Below are positions 34,404 to 36,149 of a stretch of DNA of 36,149 nt, piece after piece; the first letter of the stretch is position 1, and each line of letters begins with the position of its first letter. The notes below the pieces were generated by a model. That model did not search any database. It was given only the letters and a program-made list of their open reading frames with translations, and was not told the DNA's origin. A program made the translations under genes and the position numbers. The stretch spans positions 113,989,144 to 114,025,292 of the forward strand of contig NC_068984.1 in the NCBI RefSeq assembly GCF_001194135.2. Direction: 5' to 3'. The stretch is from Octopus bimaculoides (Eukaryota).

Positions 34404-34762
34404 TAAAGGCCCCACTTCGGTCATGAATGACCATGGAATATAAAGAGTAAAGACCCCACTTCGGTCATGAATAACCATGGGATACACCTAGAAAGTGCTC
34501 CTCCGAGGCACAAGTCTGGGTACGGTTGTTTCTGGAAGACTAACAGTCGCCCATGCATATCAGCCTCCCCTCTCCACGCCACCGATGTTATCCAAGGGAA
34601 AGGCAAAGACCTATATAGCTTGGCATCAGTGACGTTACAACTGGAACAACGTTGAAATAAAGTGCCTTGCTCAATAACACAACACAGCCCGATCCGGGAA
34701 TCGAACTCACTATCTCACGATTGTGAGCCCGAGGTTCAAACCACTGAGCCAAGCGCCTTTAC
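34404..34762 (-). mobile_element. SINE family E with duplicated 3' terminus
   Basis: Homologous to 28648-28988; the terminal 37 bp occur at 34404-34440 and 34448-34484. Confidence 0.88.
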
Positions 34763-35154
34763 AGTTATTCGACATATTCTGAGATATTTCAAGCATGTGA
34801 AAGAGAGAGGGTGAAGAAGAAAGATTCTTAGAATGAAGAAAGAGAAGGAGATTTATTAAGACAGTGCAGTTATGTGTATAGATTTGAAAAAATATTTGTT
34901 GATATGCTTTACTACAAAAACATAGTTTCCTATGATAAAACTATTTACTTTTTTTTTTTTTTCATATTGCGAAACAAGACCACAAAATCGAATCATATAA
35001 ATCTATGAACATTTCCCCCGCGTCGCGCTATGCTAGGAATAAACTGCGTTTAAAATCAGAATTCTACCGAGATTGCAATGAAATTTGATTACTTTTGATG
35101 GGTGCATATATAAGCCATAAAAAAAATAAGAGAGGAAAGATATTAATTTCTTAC

Positions 35155-35175
35155 CTTGGCACGATGCCACAATTT
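35155..35175 (-). CDS. Candidate 21-nt frame-preserving microexon (AAATTGTGGCATCGTGCCAAG)
   Basis: Acceptor gtctttatttattttcttag| and donor CAAG|gtaaga; all three frames open (KLWHRAK / NCGIVP / IVASCQ). Confidence 0.45.
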
Positions 35176-36149
35176 CTAAGAAAATAAATAAAGACAGTTA
35201 CCAAAAGGAATAACTCAATCTGGCAAGATAAATAAGGCAATTTTTATATTTCAGTAGATGAAAAACATTGCAAAGCCTGTATCGATCTTTTACGTTCGAG
35301 CCAATGAACTGGCCAATGCCAAAATTTGACTGTCATGAACACAGAAACCTGAAAACTGCTCCGTGTTAAAAGGAATTTGAGTGGCAATGTAGAGACAGAC
35401 TGGCTATATTTCTTTCATAGGCAAGAAATAAATATCTCCATTTTGTATTGATACCAATACAAATCTATAGTAAGCATCTGTTTCATCTGTTACTCAGACT
35501 TCATTTTCAGTGTGCTTGAAATGATTCTCTTCTTATCAAATATTGTACTTAAGGTTCTTTATTGCTCATATATTCTATTTAGGTTTCTTATCGTTCATAC
35601 CTAGCATCTAATATAATACGCATCACTTTGTGGGTCTCTCTCTCTCTCTCTCCTTTGTTCTTACATGTCAATAAGTCAGGTGTCTATACGGTATAAAAGA
35701 TAGATAGAGACACACACACAAACACATACACATACATCAAACACATATGTATATGTGTGTGTATGTATATATATATGATCATATATTTCCTCCAATGCAT
35801 AGACTTCACTTTCAAGTGCTCAGGATGTTAAACCTGAGACGATAGAATAATGCAGAAGTAAGAATCAAAGTTAGGCAAATCAAGTTCACATATACATTTA
35901 TATTTATTCAGCCTTAGACACAGCGTGCATGAATTTCTCCAAAAGTATATTCAATATATCAAACATATTTAAAATATATAGATATATAAACATATATAAA
36001 GAAATCAATATATTAAAAATATATATATATATAAGAATATCTAAATATATAGACATATACATTAAAAATGTATTGAAAATATAAATACATATATAGGTCG
36101 ACTTACGGATTATAAAACGAAGTCATAAAAAGAGAGTCTTTAAAAATGT

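Overview
AT-rich, repeat-saturated eukaryotic DNA, probably intronic or intergenic, from a draft scaffold with eight N-gaps (4872-4911, 7403-8010, 13010-13152, 14338-15156, 22489-22498, 28325-28636, 29912-29921, 30321-30953). The repeat families look like octopus/cephalopod repeats; this is recognition from memory, not a database result. No complete protein-coding gene is present, and almost all ORF-track entries are microsatellite or N artefacts. The window contains: (i) about 25 copies or fragments of several tRNA-headed SINE families, several with clean target-site duplications (TSDs); (ii) decayed non-LTR retrotransposons: a stack of R4/Dong-like elements in (AAT)n arrays at 4.6-9.3 kb, another R4/Dong-like relic at 22.6-23.8 kb, and RTE-, L1/Tx1- and HERO-like fragments; (iii) probable Helitron and MITE relics; (iv) many compound microsatellites; (v) a few candidate host exons (minus-strand 21-nt microexon and 225-nt terminal exon; plus-strand 80-nt exon). 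The most unusual signal is five hammerhead-ribozyme (HHR) motifs of three unrelated designs. One is a near-canonical type I HHR at 22172-22220 (-). Three are minimal HHRs in a 346-bp unit arranged as an inverted copy plus a direct tandem pair at about 21.0-21.8 kb, a Penelope pseudo-LTR/retrozyme-like layout with no ORF. The fifth is a long-stem-II HHR relic at 465-547 (-). All structures were folded by eye and none is experimentally supported.
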